From the NCBI GenBank assembly GCA_030141605.1, contig JAQGDQ010000181.1:145981-209980 (forward strand): a stretch of 64,000 nucleotides of DNA. Reading direction: 5' to 3'. Source of the DNA: Tubiluchus corallicola (taxonomy: Eukaryota; Animalia; Priapulida). A program made the translations under genes and the position numbers. Below the pieces are notes generated by a model. The model searched no databases and was not told where the DNA came from. It worked only from the letters and a program-made list of their open reading frames with translations. This document shows, in pieces, positions 1-13,434 of the stretch (its first letter is position 1; each line of letters begins with the position of its first letter).

Positions 1-690
1 CATTATTTGATTAAAACAAAATTGCATATGGAAAATCATAAAAACAGAAAATTAGGTAAAATAATAAAAGAAATGCCAGAAAACATACACAAACTTAAAA
101 AATACGTGTGTCTTCAAATTTTTTTTAAAACTGTCAAGTTACTTAATCTGTTGTAACTGCATCAGTGAAGAATTCCAGAGTTTTGAGCAGCAGCACTGAA
201 CGATTTGTCATAGCATGTGACAAGCTTGGTACGTACGATGTCAAGATTAATAAATGTATGGAACACTGCCATTTGAAGTTGTAAATGCCCCTAACTTAAC
301 TACTTTTTAAACTCGCTTCCACAGCCATCTCTACCAAAACTCGTAATGTTTTTTTATAATTTTGTACTTTCTGTTAATTGTTATTGTCATAGCTACGTAA
401 AGTTTAGTACCAATGTTTACACTTACATTATTGTACTGTATGATATGCTGCTCTATGTTGTCCCCTTAGTACGGGTAATTTAAATTATTGTATTTTCTTG
501 TAATTTTTGGTTACCAGTCGAGCTACAATTACCCATAAATAATAATAATAATAATAATAAAGATTACTTCCGTTTGAGCTAAATCTTAAAGCTCTGTGAG
601 GGACATATCGTTTAAGAAAGTCTGATATGTAAGTACGAGCAAAACCATTAATTGCTTTGTAAGTTACCAAATTCATTAAATTTATTTCAG

Positions 691-3600
691 GGTATCTAGT
701 GCAAAACGATTGCAGGGACCTCTCACCATGTATCCCGCTGCTGAGGATAACTATGGAGTAGACGCCTGTAGTATCATATGCCTACATTCTGTACCACCTG
801 TACTTGTAGTTGCAACTTGTACAGGAGATCTCTATCATTGTGTTCTACTTGATGCCGATGATGCTAGTGTACGTACAATAAAAATTCACCTGCAATTCTG
901 TTTTGTGGTGATAGGTGAGAAAAGCTAAACATGTAACTTTGATTAGATGTGTTAAGTTCTTAACCAAATTGATACTTATTTGACGGTACCAACAGCTTCC
1001 AGTACCTGCTTACTGCTTCTTGTTAATTTCTTGGCTCAAACTAGGTGTCTAGTGACTGAACTATTTGAATTAGCACATACTGTTCCTCGGGGCTTAACTT
1101 AACACTTTCACCTGACTGATATGAAGTACATATTTGATATCCATGCCACTTGTGCAAGCTCTCCCAATACAGCGATCACATTTGCCCGTTAAACAGGTCT
1201 GCCCCATACATGGTTAGGTCATTATTGTTTCTTTCATTCTAAACTAGGCTTATGTTAAATTATGGATCTGCCTCTTTAGTACACCATTTACCATTGTGAT
1301 GGATCCAATTTTTTAATAAAAATTTAGAATTTTTGGAGGAGGTCATTAGTTCTGTTATAGGACATCACTGGCTTCATTTAAACATATAGTTGTAGGTTGG
1401 CAAAAATTGTGTGAATCTCACTTGAAAAGCTAGTGTTTTTTTTCATTATTTTTAAACCAAACGATTACAATTCCAGTTCCCAAACACCGGCACTTGTATA
1501 TTGACTTCGTATAATATACTATCTAACCGCATTTAACAGCAGGATTTGATTAATCTATGTTGGTCAGTAGCTTGTCAAAAATCAAAGGCAATAGACAGCA
1601 TAAAATGCTGAATAGTGTTGCAAACATGGTTGTCATTAACCATAAAAGTTGTTCATATAAGTAATTTTTTTCATTGCGAACATAAAATGTGACAGCAACG
1701 ATATGTTACTTTTTCCTTTTAGTAATGAATAACATGCTACTTTTTAGAACAGACTTTTATTGCATACCAGTAAATATTTTATTTTTTGTATTTAAACATT
1801 TTAACCTTACAAACTCATAGTGCTATCAGAGTATTGAATACCATTATTCTAGTTTGCTACAGTAGTTTGTCCAGATTTTCGGCATTTCTGTCAAATACGC
1901 ATTCGAAAAGATGCACTTGTAAGTTTAGTTTGACTGAATCAAAGTTAGTAAATATAACAATTTACAGTTTGAAACTTTCATCATTCTAGTCACCAGAAGA
2001 ATCATCCTTCACCAATGATGGCGCCAGTGCAGCAGATTCTATGATATACGTGTACGAGAAGGTTGAATTAGAGCTTTCATTGACAACGCCTTCACTTGAC
2101 CTTAGTGAGATCGTAGAGGATGTTTTTACCTGCCCTATACTCTTACATAAAGGTGTGAAATTCATCTATCTAAGTAATGAGCATAAAGAGAATAGTATTG
2201 GAGATTGAATTTTTATTTTTCAGCTCAGATACTAAGGTATGATTTCATTTAGTTTGAACTCTTGCTTTTCTAGATCCTGGGACAATCGGGCGATACTTTT
2301 GTACCCACAATGCAGGTGTTCACTGCGTCGCCCTTCCATGGATCCATAATTTACAACATGTGGCTAAGCCAGGTATGGTTGTTTACGTATAAAATTGGCA
2401 GCTTCATAGAACGCAATTAAATTTGTGAACACAAAACATGAACACTTTTTTACTTTATTGGATGTCTGTGCTGCTGCAACATTTTTGATTTCCTTGCAAG
2501 TCAGCTATATATTTTTGTACATTAGTTTTAGCTTCGGATTTAGTTTCAGTCCATACATTTAAATGTTCTACGTGTTCAACAACGAAATTGTTACTTAGGT
2601 TGTACAAAAGTCACTTTTATCTCAGGTTGAGATAAAAATAATTACTCACTTTTATCTATAGTTGCACAAAAAGTGAGGGAAACAATGGGCACCATGTTAG
2701 TTGTAAGGCAAATTCTATAATCTGCTGTTAGGCAAACAATGGGCGCCATTGTTGTACAATACAAAAACTGCATTCCATTGTTAGGCAAAAGCAGCCTTTG
2801 AGTGACACTTTTGAAACGTTGATCGATGTACAGACTAGCAATCTTTTTGTATCCCATGAGTGGCATTTAATTATGTGTACCAGTCCTTTTTTAATCTCTA
2901 ATGGTGTTACAAGCTGACTAAAAAATCAATGTCACTTATTTTCTTTGTGTTGTTGTGGTTGCGTGTTTTTGAACTTGCAGAAGTTTGCAGCAAGAAATGC
3001 AAAATCTTATGTAGTAGTATATTGGACCTTTATTTTAATATTAAATATTGAAAGCCTGTGCTATTATTTTTATTGTTTTTATCAGATTACAGCTTGCGCT
3101 TCTTTTGATGTAAATTCGATGTGTATTGTTAAATTGTGACTACTTACTGCATTGTTTAATGCCCAGGTGATATATATTATGAATAACTGATATATATGTA
3201 TGCGTAATTGATGCTTCTTGAAATCCTTATTGATTGTTAAACTAGCGCGAGTGTTTTAATGCACTGACTCACTTGCACCTGCACTGTGGAGAGACTCCTG
3301 TCAGTTTTACCTAGAGCACAGAGCCGCGCTGTTTCAGCTGAACTCCAGGTGATTTATTTCTACAGTTGATCTAGCTGATAAAACCACAGCATCAGTTACG
3401 TCAGCTGCTCAGTGATGGGAGTCAAGCTAGCCGGTTGTAAAATTTTTCACTCTTGCGATAATCATGTGACACTACGAATCACTGATTGAAATATGGCAAA
3501 CGTATCGCGAATTCGAGGTCATATTGTACATGTGTTTGCAGAGATACTAAACTTCAGAAATGTTTTAGTGAGAAAGCTGGTCAATTCAAAATTAAATTCA

Positions 3601-6600
3601 CAAATAGGCAATGTTAGATCAAACGTATGGACAACTTTGATGTTTTAGAACTGGTTCATTGGTAATCAAGACAAGCCTCGCCAAGAGTTGGATTTAAATT
3701 ATATTTGCAATAAATCCATTGCTTTTTTATAATATTAAAAAATTGATCTCAATGCATTATTTGGATTTCTACATCAGCTTTTCTCTGTAGCAACATGAAT
3801 TATTTAAAAAAATTGTCTCCATAATTAACAGTTAACTAACAAGTTATCATTTATTTAAGTAACAAGAATTCGCAGCTTTAGCTTACTTAGCTGATTTATT
3901 TTTTAACCCAACTCAGCTGAAAAGTCTCTCAACTTCAGGCGAGCTAGCTGATTTACTGTGTGAGTCAGCTGATGTAGTAGCAACTGACTCAGCTTCAGCC
4001 TCTAGTTATAACTGTTTTGTTAATCCACATTAAATAAATAAAGATTTTTTTTCTTACATTATTGAGTACTTTTTAGCTTCTCCTTCCTCGCACTTCTTAG
4101 AACTGGCCTATTTTCTTTTAGATGCTGAATCAGCTGCCGCTATTGGTCGCCTAGATCAAGAATGTATTGTAGAGCATCTTATATGTACAAAACCCTTACA
4201 AACTAGGTAAGTTCTCTGCTGTGGGCTTTTTTAAATCTATATATCAATTTCGTGGGCCACAGTGACGGGCGTTTTCCCGGACCTAACCACACAAATTTTG
4301 CAAAAAACTGCTCAACCACCCTCTAAAAAAACTCAATTTGTGCAACTGTTTGGGCATGTTGGGAAAAAATAAGCACACTCACAGAAAGATGTCGAATGGT
4401 GTGGTTTGTTGTGGGTGGTGTGGTGTGGTGTTGTGGTATGGTGGGGTGTAGGTGGTGTGCTGTGAGTGAGGTGGTGGGTGGTTGTGTGGTGTGGTGTATT
4501 TTGAGTAGTGAGGCAGGTTGGCGTGGTGTGGCGTGGGTTGTTGTTGTGAGTTTGTGCGCAAAATTCTTTTGCTGGGTTTGGCTAGTGTTACATTAATATT
4601 TTAATACTTGACTAAGAGAACAAGTGATATTATTTGTTTGATCCGGCATGAAATGCCTAGTTCCTGGTCATGTTATTACTGTTATTGTTGAACACCTCTT
4701 TAGAACACCATTTACCACTGCCTTGGATCTGTCTTTTCATAAATATTTAGAATATGCATTGTTTGCCTCATAATGAGTTTTGTAGCTGACTTAACACTGA
4801 TGGAAATTTCATTTGTGAAACGGAAGTCATGCCACAAGTGCCAGATATATATATAACATTTCACGTGAAATGTGCCGGATTCAATTACATTAGTGCTTTT
4901 ATTCTAGTTGTTCAGTGTTCGCTATAGCTATCTCTTTGTACAAGTTTTATTTTTATGGCAAATTTGTCTACTTTAAGTGTGTTAAATCTCATCAGTACTT
5001 AATTGCTTGCTCATGGACCTCTGCTACAAATTAGCTGTTTAGTTTAAAACTGGGGGGAAACTTTATAAGGAAAATTTTGCATTTACTATGGTAAGTTGTT
5101 TTTTTTTGTATTTTTGCATTTTCATCGTTGTTTGTAATGTTTAGTAAGACTGAATGTGTTTTGATTACGTTTGCTATTTTTAATAATAGGATGCTCTGCT
5201 GGGTCACCATCATGGTGTTGTGTCATAAATTTTTTCATGTGTCTAATTGTCTATATACAATTTTTTTTGTTTTTATTAAATTTTACTTGAACATTCATTC
5301 CAGTCCTCCAAGTCCAATATTAGGATTGAGTGTGGTTACGGACGTTTCTCTAGGATACACGCTGCTCTGCTTGACTTCTGCATACGAATGTGAGATTTTG
5401 CCGTTAAGGTAATGTGTTTATGAAATCCTGCAAGAGAAGCTAAGTGTAGGAATATAGTCGCTTTAACTTTCTTACTTGGAATTAAAAACATTATTTAAGA
5501 CACATGAATACTTATCGTATTAACCCCCGACTCCCACATACATTTGCTTGCCAAATCCCAGTTGTTACTTTGCATTTTCGTGAATATGCAGATGCTTATA
5601 TATAAACTTTATTTATTTTAAATGAATTGATGCACAGTAATATTACTGATTGGAGTTTCCACTGTGCAACAAATACATTTTAGCAGAGAATAGGTATATA
5701 CAACTGGTTATCAAGAATACAGTGTATATTCTTAGATAGTGTATATTGTGTCAAAAACACAACTAATTCATTAGTTAACACTTAAAATTGAAATATGCAA
5801 GATAGATACTTAATAGTATTGTATTGTAGATTTTTACATGTAATAATAAAATTTTTGATTTATTGTGAGTATTATACCATGCTAAATGAGCTATGAGCTA
5901 TATTATTATTATTTAGGCTGTCACAGGCTCGCATGGTAGCATAGCAATGGTTTTTGATGGTGTTATGCCATCATTTTTGTACTTTACTTAATTTAATTTT
6001 ATTTTATTTTATTTTAATTTATTTTATTTATTTTACTTTAATTAAACAGCCAAAATTTTTATTGGCATTTATAGATAGCAATCATAAGCTCACTTGTGGT
6101 ACTGTAAAAAAAGTAAAAAATTCATGAATTTTCTTGTGTAAAAATGTTGTAATCTACTGCAAAAGCTAAGCAAACACATTTACTTGATGTTAGTTTACGT
6201 GGTTTTTTGGCTGCTGCATTAATGCATGTGCACTATCAAAGATGCATCGATGCATCATCAAGTGAAATGGACAAGCTACTGAAAAATAGTTACGGGTGAG
6301 ATTAGCATTTATTAGCTAGTGTTTGCTTTATTTGCTAATGCTCAAATATCTCAAATTGTGACTAACAAAGACTGGTTACACTTTTTTTAGGTTGACGGTT
6401 CATGTAACAAGTGAACAGCCATTACTCTCAGCTTCTGATAATGAGAAACAAGAGTCTCCTTTAAGGCAGATGCGCTCAAAGTCTTTTGACGAACACATAC
6501 GGAAAATGTTGGAGAAGCGGACGACTAATCCCATTCTTCGGTTTGAATTGGTTTTATTTACTTCTCTGCAGATTGGTGTAATCATGTTGATGAGAGGTTT

Positions 6601-9600
6601 TATCACAAGCAAAAAGCAAAGTGCTAGAGGGCAAAAAGAGAGGATAGCGTGAGACACAGAATAATGAGTGTGTGTGAGAAAGAGAAAGGGAAGGAAAGAG
6701 ACAGGTGTACAGGGGAGACAACCATTTAGCATAATGTGGATAGGGAGACAACCATGGAGACGAGAGATAGATAAACAGAGAGTGAGAGAGAAACAGAGGA
6801 GAGACAGGGAGGCAGGAAGCTCGAGATATAGACGGGAAGAAGGAGAGATGAAAGAGAAAGAGAGACAGGGAAAGAGTGCTGTTATCCCACAAGCTATCAA
6901 GTGAAACAATGCACATGACACTGTAAAAATACCCTACCATTGCCAGTCTTGACAAGTTTTGTTGTGCTTGTCTTGACTAGTGGATACCAATTTCTGCACT
7001 ATTTTTTTGTGACTTGGTTCTTGTTTTGCAATAAATATTCAATTTGTGTTTATTTCTTTAATCAGTTTTACCAGAAGAGAGCAAATTTTGTCTTACAGAG
7101 GTGCAGAGCAACCTGATATGAAACCATCAGAATACTTCCGACTGCTTAGCCGTACCACACAGGTACTGAGAGAGGAACACGTTCTCAAACACAAGCAGGT
7201 TGTAGCAGAAATTGAACAAAGGTACTCTTGCTTTGTGATAAACATTTCTACTATCAATGTTGAAAATGGTAATTAGTTGTGAGAAAAAACTTTAGGAAGG
7301 ATATTCATTTTGCAAGACTTATTATCTTTTCAAAACAGCAGGTGAGAGCTTTATACGAGTTTGTGTAGTAGACACTATTTTTGTGCCCATTTTTATGTTT
7401 TCTTGAGTAAGCCGAGTTTGGTTCGTCAATTTCTTTATATAAACATTTCTATTGCCGACGTTGAAAATAGTAATTGTTCTATTAAAGTTTAGGAAAGCAT
7501 TCATTTTGGTAGAATTATAGGCAGCCGTCGACTTACGACCACTATTGGTTCCGGCGAACTGTAGGCAAGTCAGATCATATGTTCAAGTGGTGTGCCCCTA
7601 CGCATGTCTTGTAAGTGTATGCACCCTAAGTATGGCGGCACCTTCTACAGCAGTAATACAAAATTAATTTGATTAAAAAAAAGGAAAATATAAGTTGTTA
7701 TTAGTTTTGTATAATTAATTAATTAAGTTGTTGTCGGTTCATGAAGTTCAACCCTCGTAAGTCAACGACTACCTCTCCTCTATTTCCTTTTCAAAACGGC
7801 AAGGAGGGGGTTTTATTCAAGCGAGTTCGTCCTTTTTTCACGACTAACCCTAAATGTGCTTTATTAATTTCTTCTTTTCTTTGGGATGTTATTGTTGCTT
7901 GACCAATTCTACGTCTGTGGCAATAATTCTTAGCAATAAAAAACTTTAAGTTTTTGTATCTATGCTTGCAGAGTTAAAGCTCAACGAGAGCTTGAAGCTC
8001 AACAAATTCGAGATATGGATGACATACAGCGGAAGAAACAAGAAATAGAGGAACAAGCTGGACGACTGGCAGAAAGATATGAAGATATTAAAGATAATAT
8101 GGATAATTATATCATTCAGTAGGCTACATTTAATAGATTTATAATCTAGAATGAGTTATTAAGCATAATTCCTTAAGCAGAGTACACCTCGTGAAATACA
8201 GCTTGCAAAAAAAGTGAACGCATAACAAGTATTAGTTCAAATGTGCACATGATAAAGTTAAAGCAAAACCGGATCCAATCTTAAAGTGCAGATCAAAACA
8301 ATCTACTCTTTAAAATATAAAAAGGAAACATACTATTTTTTCAAAAATGACTTACGTGAAAGAATTATTACTACGCAAACACAATTTCAAGTTAGTGTCG
8401 CTAGTTCGCTGTTACATGCATTTCACTATTCGCTAGTTAAACGGGCACTAGCGCTTCCATTTTGGAAACACATTGCACAAAAAGCAGGTGCTGTACCTCT
8501 CATTTCAGATGTATTAGTTTGTGATGAATTACACACATTCGACAGCTTGTGCATGAGCACAGCAGTAAATTTAAAATTTAAATTTTTTATCTTAAAACTT
8601 GCCTAGTTTTAGTACAAGATGCTGAATATCTTACAGTAGCACTGCACTTCAATTTTCTTTCTCACAAATGTGCAACATGCTCGTGTAATATTTTTGCTGT
8701 TGAAAATTATGTCAGTTTATTATGTGTCATCAATTGTTGGGCTTGCCTGCCATTAATTAAGTTTTTAATCTGTTGTTTAATTATCAGAAATGCTTTTGCA
8801 GTATTAATTGCATTAAAATGTATACTTCTTATCGGACTATGGGGTAATATATGAGAAACCATCCTTTCTTCCTTTAAGGAAAAGGAAACCCTGCGAGAAG
8901 ATACGTGTAAAACATATTGTGAGTTTTATTCACGTGTGGCCTATATGAAAAGACTTTTAAATAGTAGTAATAAGATCTTGGCGTATAATTAGATTTTCTT
9001 ATTTGATTTTTTAATGATGGTTTATTGTGTTTATAGCATATTTTTTAACAGTAGGTTATATCAGTATTGCACTCTGTATGATCTTGTATATTTTTTATCA
9101 TTTTTTGCCTACATCTAATGCCTTTTAATTACAAATGCAATTTTACTCAGTTTTTTAACTACAATTTTTGTACGCAAATAAACCTTCTATCTATCTGTCT
9201 GTTTATTGGGCAAGCTAAGAACGATAAAGAAAATCTAAAACTACTAAATGGAATGAAATGGCACTTTAATAACATTAATTATAAAAAAGTTGATGTTGCC
9301 TGCCATTTTGATTATTTTTTAAATGGTACATTAATAAGCAAATAATCTACAATATAATAATATATAATCAATGAAAATACTATTAACATTTTTGTACTGA
9401 CTTGTTGAATATTTCTTTTGTTTTTTATAGTGCAGAACGAATTTTACAGAAGCTGCAATCCCGCATTCCAGTGTTATCTGACTCTGAGAAAGAAATGTCA
9501 AAAGAATTGAAAGTTATTGAAAAGAAACTTGAACAGTTCAGAACAAGTCTTGATCAGGTATAATCAAAAAAACTCCTTTGATTTGGGCATTTTGCAAGAA

Positions 9601-12133
9601 TGAGTTATTAGGCAGAATCATTCAATGAAGATGTCGACAATATAAATACTTCTGTTTCCATCTAAGCGCCCGGATAATATTTTTTATCACACACCAAGCC
9701 GGGACTTTTATAATTTTTTGTGTGTTCATACACTCACCTGAAGCTGTCTTACAGAAGCGTATTTTTTAATTTAAAACTTACAAAGCAATAATTATTATAA
9801 CATTGAATCGGTGAGGATGCAGCCATGTTTTTGTTAGAGCTAACTTTCGGCCAGGGTTGCCGTTTTGTACGATGTTGATTGTCAAACTGGAGGCTAAAAA
9901 GTATCGTATTTTCTGCCAAATCAGCATATTAATGGCTAAGTAGTGTTGCCACTTGTACCATAATTATTAGAGCATACATTCATACCATACGAGAAAAAGA
10001 GATAGCCGATAATTAGTAATTATAATGTAATTTAGTTTTGCTAAAAAAAGTGAAAAGGTGTACATTGAAAAAATTTAATACATTACTGCTAACCAGTGTG
10101 AAATAAACAAACTTTGATTTCAATTCATTTTAACTATTCCACGATTCAGCTTTAAACATTCACAAAGCTTTAAAAAAAATTTTCTTCCCTCCCTACTGAC
10201 ATCTTTTGAACTCATGAGGTAAGATAGAAACAAATTTTCCTTGGCCTGCCTAATAAATCGTAATAACTGCAACGTGTCGAAACTATTATTATTGTTCAAT
10301 CTCAACCCACCTGTCGCAAACCTTGTAATATGTGATTTTGACTTTGAAAATTATTAACAATGTGACTTTTGGATAGGAACATTTTGGTCATGCAGTCAGG
10401 CTGTAACGGTCAGCACATCTAAATCAGCTGTGAGGCACGAAATTCGTTAGCAGTATGAAAAGCATTTCTGAATCTTTCTGTTAATTGTTGATTACTGATC
10501 ATAGTTCTGTTAACTGGTGTTTGTCTCGCGTCAACTCTGCCTTTTATTCCTTATCTACTGGAGCTAGTATCATTAAAGTGTGATATATGATTGCTAATTT
10601 AAGTGATAAGGTCTGAAATTATTAATTTTTGCTGTTTTTACCAGTGATTATTTATTATGCAGTAATAACTGTCCAGATTTTGTATCTTGATTTGCCTAAT
10701 GACTCAAACAAACTCTTCCCACAGACAAATTTTTGCAGGAAGTAATTGCACACATTACATCAGGAACATGTCTGTCTTTACAGCCCATCATTGTCTTTCA
10801 AGCACAATACCCAGAATCATGTCTATACTCTCAAAATTATTACAGTCAAACCTCTTTATACAGCCAACTTTGGGACTGGAAGATTTTTTGGTATTATAAC
10901 AGGTTTGGCAATATAATGAGGTGTATTAATACATACATGTGTAGGCAAATATAGACATTTTGTTTTGCTAAAAGTATGGGCATCAAGCGAAGTTGTCATT
11001 GTAAAGGGGGGCGGAGTTATAACAGGCTTTAAATTTTTGCAACATTGCAGAACTCGGTTATCAAGTGCTGTATCTCATTACAGTTGCTGAATATCAATTT
11101 TACTTCTTTTTCTAATATTTTATTTAAAAAATGAAAACCGTTCATGGAAACACGTATCTTGTAAAACATGTGTGATTGTCTTGTTCTTTTAAAAAGCTGC
11201 ACACAACTATAACTCATGTGGTTTGTTTAATTTTCAAACATAAGTTTAGACTCATTTTAATTTCTTTCATTCATGTATCTTGTAACAGTGTGTAATAGTG
11301 CTTGTTGCGGTTCTACCTTGCTTATTCTTTTAAAAAATTTTATACCTTGTAATTTTATGCTGTGCTGTTACTTAAGTTTTTGGTTGTGACAATGATATGT
11401 AAACTTATTACTTATTATATAAATTTTATCTTGAAGTGCCAGTGATGTAATTTTATTATGTTTAACATGAACAACTTTTCATTGTTTAGCTGCGGAAAAA
11501 GCAGCAATATCAGCAGCGAAATGTCGATGAAAAAAATAACCAGGAGGAGGAGAGAGTCACACTGACCAAAGATCAAGTTGGAAAGCTTCATTCCGTGCTG
11601 AGCAATGAGTAAGTGTACATTATGAATAATAGTGAATATTATACATCAAAGTAACTTGAAGAAAATCTTGTTTTTGACAACTTCACAGAGCTGACATTTA
11701 TAGTAATTTGAAGGTAAATAATACTGGAGATTGTACCGCTGTGGGGCTGTAAGGTATAAATTAACTGCTGTCTATTAACCACTTTTTTTCTGCATATCAG
11801 TCTCTCTGGGTGAATCATACCCACTCATAAATAAGGGAAAAATACTACTGCATGGTGGTTATAAGTATGCCATACCATTACCAACTTTGACATGACCTGC
11901 ATAAGTGCTGCGTGAAAACACCTGTACGACCACCAAACTGAGGAAAAATAATCACCGATGTGTTTTGTTGTGTTTTGTAATGCAATAAAAACTGATTATG
12001 ATTTTAATCAGCTCTCACATCTGCTGTTGTTTATAATAACTGTCTTTCTTTCTTTCTTTCTTCCTTTAGGGGTGAAGAGATAACAAACCTCATCCAAAGA
12101 ATCAAAGATCTTCAGTCTAATTTGAATTTGTGA
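691..12133 (+). CDS. NUP88: Nuclear pore complex protein Nup88, 5'-partial (last 11 coding exons, about 452 aa in window)
   Basis: GT-AG exons with consistent phases: 691-868, 1990-2152, 2274-2372, 4122-4206, 5304-5408, 6391-6540, 7099-7221, 7972-8118, 9431-9557, 11490-11608, 12070-12133 (TGA). Translation has Nup88 motifs LQGPLTMYPAAEDNYG, YVYEKVELEL, RYFCTHNAGVH, VEHLICTKPL, LLSRTTQVLREE, PVLSDSEKEM and a C-terminal coiled coil. Confidence 0.95.
1271..1330 (+). repeat. Short interspersed repeat fragment, three copies (also ~4695-4753 and ~57000-57052)
   Basis: Shared core acaccatttRccaYtg...ttcataaaaatttagaa read at all three positions; family unknown. Confidence 0.55.
3312..4004. mobile_element. 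Degenerate hAT-like non-autonomous element
   Basis: TAGAG...CTCTA ends, many cagctga/tcagct subterminal motifs in both arms, flanks gttttacc / gttataac (6/8 match to an 8-bp TSD). Confidence 0.45.
4396..4552. repeat. GT/GGT-rich low-complexity tract
   Basis: Degenerate (GTG/GGT/TGT)n in a Nup88 intron; explains the spurious ORFs 4379-4561 and 4396-4596. Confidence 0.85.
6620..6875. repeat. GA-rich degenerate microsatellite
   Basis: Purine tract of gagaga/gggagaca motifs in a Nup88 intron. Confidence 0.8.
7518..7775. mobile_element. pogo/Tigger-like MITE
   Basis: Left end taggcagccgtcgacttacga is the inverted match of right end tcgtaagtcaacgactacct; TA on the left flank. Confidence 0.7.
8270..8873 (+). 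mobile_element. Interspersed ~600-bp repeat, copy 1 (copy 2 at 46275-46870); possibly a TTAA-targeting DNA transposon
   Basis: Colinear similarity to 46275-46870 (e.g. cgctagttaRacgggcactagcgc, caggtgctgtacctctca); both copies stop at catcctWtcttcct followed by TTAA. Confidence 0.8.
10843..11030. mobile_element. Degenerate pogo/Tc1-type MITE
   Basis: ta-CAGTCAAACCTCTTTATA left end; decayed inverted right end ttataacaggcttt. Confidence 0.5.
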
Positions 12134-13296
12134 TGATACTGTGATCCTGAATGTCCTGGTAGTTTTAAACAGATCAAGAATGCTATCAGTAACTTGCTAA
12201 GTAGAAAGCTTGGTTCTACCAGTTTTGATGTTGTTGCTACTAGAGTCAGATGATTGCAGTTTTTTTCTATTGTCTTCGACTTTACATAACAGTTTACAAT
12301 ATCATTTCAGCAAGAAATGAGCTTCCGAATTAGAGAAAAAAATTCTTCAAATTGTGAAAAAATTTCCTCGGCAAAGTTCATTTGGCAATAAAATTTGAAC
12401 TTTCGCTACTCAAGGCCTTCACCATGGCTCTGTGACTGCAGCTTTTCACGGGACGTGTGAAAATTTGTGTTTTCAGCTTCAAAATATCTCACTGTTACAT
12501 GAGAGTATGATCATAAAGGGCGGATCATTAATACATCTCACAGGAAGAAAATAGAAATTTTTAGTAACTGTGCACACTCAGCTGATGATTCCTTGATCCT
12601 GTGATGGTACGTCTTCAAGCATAGTCACTCGTCAGTGTAAGATAGACTAATCACACAATATTAGAGGCAAATTACAACGTCTTGTTTTTTATAATAAAAG
12701 CACCGTGCTGGTGTGCCATATAGACTGGTGATAAAAATGAACAATTAATGGCAATAGTCTCTGTTAATAAATAATTAAAGATCATTCAGAGTTATTCACA
12801 ATAAGTGAGAATACAGTTAGTATTTTGTATTCTGAATGACCTAAAGGTGTTAGCCTAATGTGCACCACAGTATGTAGTTACTATTTAATAAATAGGTCGA
12901 AGTGTTTCTGTCGGAACAGTGCTTTTGAGAAGTGTAAAATTGGTTATCGGTGTTGTATGTAGTGCCAAACTGCACACAAGTTAATTCAGTCTGGATGGCA
13001 CATCGTAAATTTGTTTCATGCATTAGTGTTAACTGCAATTTAAAAGTATACCCGACTCCTGACGAAAATATTGAGGAGGAAGCTTTGTTAGCAATGCTGT
13101 GGATTCGTTTATGGCAGATGCTGCTTGTACTATGAGATATGCTATCCCATCATCATTAGCGTTGCTGAACCTTGAGCTGTGGTGCAAAAATGGTAAACCT
13201 GGTCTGTATATCAGTCTCAACTTGCTCGAATCCTATGTTATTCTGCTGTTTACACATAAATAGTTATTCCGTATACACCTAGTATATTTGTATCTA

Positions 13297-13434
13297 GTAT
13301 GTGACATTATCGGAACAGATAAAGAATGACATTGTTGCTGTTGTATGTGACATTATCGGAACAGATTAAGAATGACATTGTTACTGTTGTATGTGACATT
13401 ATCGGAACAGATAAAGAACGACATTGTTACTGTT
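13297..13434. repeat. 3 x 46-bp tandem repeat downstream of the Nup88 stop codon
   Basis: Unit gtatgtgacattatcggaacagataaagaatgacattgttRctgtt at 13297, 13343 and 13389. Confidence 0.95.

Noticed and set aside
2224-2236. 13-nt micro-exon (tttcag|...|gtatga) in a Nup88 intron
   Set aside because: It would leave a 37-nt downstream intron and break the frame; the flanking exons already join in phase.
4261-4590. Telomere-like or inverted-repeat element around the GT-rich tract
   Set aside because: No fixed repeat unit and only weak arm similarity; could be low-quality consensus sequence.
6400-6955. ORFs of 133-173 aa on the minus strand
   Set aside because: Products of the GA-rich microsatellite and the antisense of a Nup88 exon.
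12950-13240. Small ORFs downstream of Nup88
   Set aside because: No recognisable homology and no convincing splice sites; probably UTR.
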